Source of the DNA: an uncultured Verrucomicrobiota bacterium
GTDB lineage: Bacteria > Verrucomicrobiota > Verrucomicrobiia > Limisphaerales > JADLHS01
Assembly: GCA_903828255.1 (NCBI GenBank)
Contig: CAIKLQ010000501.1
Location: forward strand, 9,491-73,490
Length of the DNA: 64,000 bases
Direction of reading: 5' to 3'
Shown here piece after piece: positions 60,849-64,000 of the stretch. Positions within the stretch are counted from its first letter, which is position 1; each line of letters starts with the position of its first letter. The notes beneath the pieces were generated by a model. That model made no database searches. It saw only the letters and a program-made list of their open reading frames with translations, and had not been told where the DNA came from. Both the position numbers and the translations under genes were made by a program.

Positions 60849-63530
60849 ATGAACTTACTTCCTCCCGGCAGCCCCGTAAATCACGCCACATTTGGTCGCG
60901 GAGTGGTCGAGTATTCCAAGGGCGAGACCACGCTGGTTCGCTTCTCCCGCGGCATCGAGGAATGCCTCACCCGCGAGCTGACTTATTTGCGCTCAGCGGC
61001 CGACAGCTACCTTCAAGGCCTGCCCGGGCATGCCTCCACCGTCGCACTGCGCTTGCTTGGTGAGTCCATTCGCGCGGTCAATGACACTTGGGGAGTTTTC
61101 TCACCCAGCCGCATCGATTTGTATCCCCACCAGCTTTGGGTCTGCCGCAAGGTCACCGAGCACTGGCCTGTCCGCTGGGTAGTTGCTGATGACGTTGGCT
61201 TGGGTAAGACGATCGAGGCCGGTCTGATTCTTTGGCGGTTGTTTCACCTTGGTTTAATTCGCCGCCTCCTCATCCTTTGTCCCGCCTCGTTGGTGCAGCA
61301 GTGGCAGGAACGACTGTTCACCATGTTTGACATTCGAATGGCCCAATACGATCCCGAGCTCGATTCAACACGGGTCGATTTCTGGAAACTTAACCCCCAC
61401 GTGGTCGCTTCCTTCCACACCTTGCGCGAGGACCGCGATGGCCGACATGATCGCATGCTTCAAACCGACCCATGGGATCTCATCATTGTGGACGAGGCGC
61501 ACCACCTCAATGTGGACGAGCAGGCCGGCATGACCCTCGCGCATCGCCTCATCAAAAAATTGCAGGATGCCGACCGGCTCCAGTCGCTGCTGCTGTTCAC
61601 GGGCACTCCGCATCGCGGCAAGCACTACGGCTTTCTCGCCCTCATGTCGCTTGTGCGTCCCGATCTATTTGATCCACGCCGCCCCGTTGAGCCGCAATTG
61701 GCTCTCTTGCCCAAGGCGCTCGTGCGCAACAATAAGTATCACGTCACCAACCTGCGCGGGGAGCGTTTGTTTCAAGAACCCCAAGTCAGCAACATCCCTT
61801 ATCACTACAACCCGGAGGAGGCCGCATTCTACCAGATGATGACGGACTTCATCGCCACTGGCCGCGCGTATGCCACCGGCCTTCAGGGCGACCGGGGCCG
61901 CACCGTTATGCTGGTCCTGATTGCGCTCCAAAAACTCGCCTCCAGTTCTGTCGCGGCAGTCCGCAGCGCATTGCAGAAACGTCTTGCCAAGTTACGCGTG
62001 ATTTCCTCCAACGTGCAGCGCCTCGTGCCGCCCGCCACCGACGCCACCCGGCGGCTCGAACGCTTCAGTGATGACCCTGATTCACTAAACCCAGTTGTGG
62101 AGGACGAGATTGCCACGCTTTACCTGGAGCTGATGAAAAACGAGTGCGAGCGTCTTGCCGAATTAATCGCCGCAGCAGACCGGGTTGTCATTGAAACCAA
62201 GATCGCGACCATCATCGCTCACGTCCGCCAGCTCCCCCCCGGCGAATCGGTTCTATTTTTCACGGAATACAAGGTCACTCAGGCCCTGCTGCTAGCCGCG
62301 CTCTGGCGCGAGTTCGGCACGGAGAGTGCCTCATTTATCAATGGCGATGAGGCGCTGCCGGCCGTGTTGACGCCTTCCGGAACTTTGCGCGACCTCCGTG
62401 AATCACGCGAATCGGCCAAGGATCGGTTCAATTCAGGCGCAGTTCGTTTCCTAATTTCCACCGAGGCGGCGGGCGAAGGCATAGACCTTCAGGAGCACTG
62501 TTCGCGCCTGATCCACGTTGATCTTCCTTGGAATCCCATGCGCCTCCACCAACGCGTGGGGCGACTGAATCGCATTGGACAGCGCGACATCGTCAAGGTG
62601 ATGCTCTTTCAGAATCCGGACACGGTTGAGTCGCGCATATGGGCACTCCTGAACGAGAAACTTGAGCGTATCCGCCGCTCCATTAACGCGGTTGCCGAAG
62701 AGCCGGAGGATTTGCACCAACTCGTCCTAGGCATCGCTCGCCCCGGCATGTTGGATGCCGTGTTCTCGACGGCCGATCAGGTGCCGCGCGCCAAATTGGA
62801 GGAATGGTTCGACCAGCAGACTGGACAAATGGGCGGCGAGGATGCGGTTCGCGTGGTTCAGGACTTGTTGGGGCACGCACAGCATTTTGATTTCGCTCAG
62901 GTCTCTGAAAAAGTGCCCAAGCTCGACTTGCCGGACTTGTCGCCTTTTTTCCGCCTCGCTCTGCGCTACAACCGGCGTCAGGTCACAGAGGCCGGGGGCA
63001 TGCTCGCCTTCAAGACGCCCGATTCCTGGCAACGCACGCCGGGCATCAAACCCCGTTACGAGGACGCTCATTTTGAGCGCCGCCCGCCTTCTCAGAAAAA
63101 GGGCACGATCCTCGGCATTGGCAGCCGGGTCTTCGACGCGGCATTGGCACAGGCGTGTCAGTTGACGGATTCCTACGGCGTGTCCCACCACGGGGAAACC
63201 TCCGGCCTGTTGTTCGTCTTCCGGACCTATGATCGAATCACGGGAAATCCCGCCCAACCCAAATCTATTGTCCTCGGAGTCGTTCAGGAAAGAGACAAGT
63301 TTCGGTTGCTCAAGGATTGGCAAGTTCTGCAATCATTGAATGCGATCACCATTGAGATCAAGCCTGGGAGCATTGAAGATAATCCAACGGCAAACATTCC
63401 TCCCGGAGATCAGTCAGCATTAGACCAAGCCGAGACGGTCGCCCGTGCCGCCCTCCCAACTCTTGATCTGCCTTTCCGCCAGCCTGAGCTGGAATTGCTC
63501 GGAATCATTTCGCGGCCTAGTTCCACATGA
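60849..63530 (+). CDS. Second SNF2/RapA-like helicase
   Basis: 'V.H..FG.GVV', 'YPHQ', 'ADDVGLGKT', 'DEAH', 'TGTPH', 'EGIDLQ', 'QRVGRLNRIGQ'. Confidence 0.9.
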   Translation: MNLLPPGSPVNHATFGRGVVEYSKGETTLVRFSRGIEECLTRELTYLRSAADSYLQGLPGHASTVALRLLGESIRAVNDTWGVFSPSRIDLYPHQLWVCRKVTEHWPVRWVVADDVGLGKTIEAGLILWRLFHLGLIRRLLILCPASLVQQWQERLFTMFDIRMAQYDPELDSTRVDFWKLNPHVVASFHTLREDRDGRHDRMLQTDPWDLIIVDEAHHLNVDEQAGMTLAHRLIKKLQDADRLQSLLLFTGTPHRGKHYGFLALMSLVRPDLFDPRRPVEPQLALLPKALVRNNKYHVTNLRGERLFQEPQVSNIPYHYNPEEAAFYQMMTDFIATGRAYATGLQGDRGRTVMLVLIALQKLASSSVAAVRSALQKRLAKLRVISSNVQRLVPPATDATRRLERFSDDPDSLNPVVEDEIATLYLELMKNECERLAELIAAADRVVIETKIATIIAHVRQLPPGESVLFFTEYKVTQALLLAALWREFGTESASFINGDEALPAVLTPSGTLRDLRESRESAKDRFNSGAVRFLISTEAAGEGIDLQEHCSRLIHVDLPWNPMRLHQRVGRLNRIGQRDIVKVMLFQNPDTVESRIWALLNEKLERIRRSINAVAEEPEDLHQLVLGIARPGMLDAVFSTADQVPRAKLEEWFDQQTGQMGGEDAVRVVQDLLGHAQHFDFAQVSEKVPKLDLPDLSPFFRLALRYNRRQVTEAGGMLAFKTPDSWQRTPGIKPRYEDAHFERRPPSQKKGTILGIGSRVFDAALAQACQLTDSYGVSHHGETSGLLFVFRTYDRITGNPAQPKSIVLGVVQERDKFRLLKDWQVLQSLNAITIEIKPGSIEDNPTANIPPGDQSALDQAETVARAALPTLDLPFRQPELELLGIISRPSST

Positions 63531-63581
63531 AAGAAGAATTTATGACCAAACCCGCCTAGTGAATCTGACAAAAACCATCTT

Positions 63582-64000
63582 ATGTCTATTCTTCAAGAAA
63601 TCCTGACTTGGTCTGAAAGTTTGCCCACTTGGCAAAGTGACGCCATCGCGCGCCTATTCGCAAAGGGAGTAATTGCGGATGAGGATTTAGATGACCTCTT
63701 CGCACTGCTCAAGTTGGAATATGGCATACCAGATCCGCAGGGTAGAACGGCTAAGAAGTTGAGCGCTGACCAAATCCCATCGGTAGCTGCAAACAACACG
63801 CAGGTGAAAGTCTTGGCGATAAAAAATCTTCTACATGTTAACAGAATTGCAGCAAAACAACGCCTACCTTTTGCTGCCACTGGTCTTACGGTGATTTATG
63901 GGGATAACGGTTCAGGAAAGTCTGGTTATTCCCGCGTTCTCAAACGTGCCTGTCGAGCACGCGACCAGAGCGAATCAATTCATCCAAACGCCTTCTTGCC
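63582..64000 (+). CDS. ABC/SMC-type ATPase, 5' part only (not in the ORF track because it runs off the window)
   Basis: Translated manually: 'MSILQEILTWSESLPTWQSDAIARL...GLTVIYGDNGSGKSGYSRVLKRAC', with a Walker A motif. Confidence 0.8.
   Translation, partial: MSILQEILTWSESLPTWQSDAIARLFAKGVIADEDLDDLFALLKLEYGIPDPQGRTAKKLSADQIPSVAANNTQVKVLAIKNLLHVNRIAAKQRLPFAATGLTVIYGDNGSGKSGYSRVLKRACRARDQSESIHPNAFL

Noticed and set aside
63593-63880. 95-aa minus-strand ORF
   Set aside because: Antisense to the Walker A-containing ATPase starting at 63582.

Overview
A 64-kb accessory or defence island with no housekeeping genes, rRNA, tRNA, CRISPR array or integrase visible. It has three blocks. (1) 1-13355 (+): a tightly packed phosphorelay-like operon. 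It runs from a periplasmic binding-protein tail through a methyltransferase/histidine-kinase-like fusion, several receiver (REC) proteins and a sigma-54 enhancer-binding protein, and includes two REC proteins with probable toxic effectors (RNase H-fold plus cold-shock domain; PRTase-CE-like). (2) 13361-34100: a block encoding its own divergent sigma-54. Six intergenic -24/-12 promoters share a non-canonical -12 element (YCGCT instead of TTGCW). A duplicated cassette of about 245 bp carries a palindrome, promoter, RBS, 3-4-codon mini-ORF and a conserved structured core. These promoters precede a Ycf46-like AAA ATPase, VirD4-like and HerA-like ATPases, DUF1257/DUF2997-like proteins, a radical SAM protein, a zincin and membrane/secreted proteins. 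A tandem alpha-CTD-like gene sits between two long hairpin repeats. (3) 34444-64000 (+): a DISARM class I-like core (helicase-DUF1998-nuclease, SNF2, HNH, N6-MTase with an appended GGCT-like domain), then a GHKL-nuclease, a double-HEPN protein, a 2499-aa sacsin-like protein with a second SNF2 helicase, and a truncated ABC/SMC-type ATPase. All family assignments come from motifs read by eye, not from database searches.
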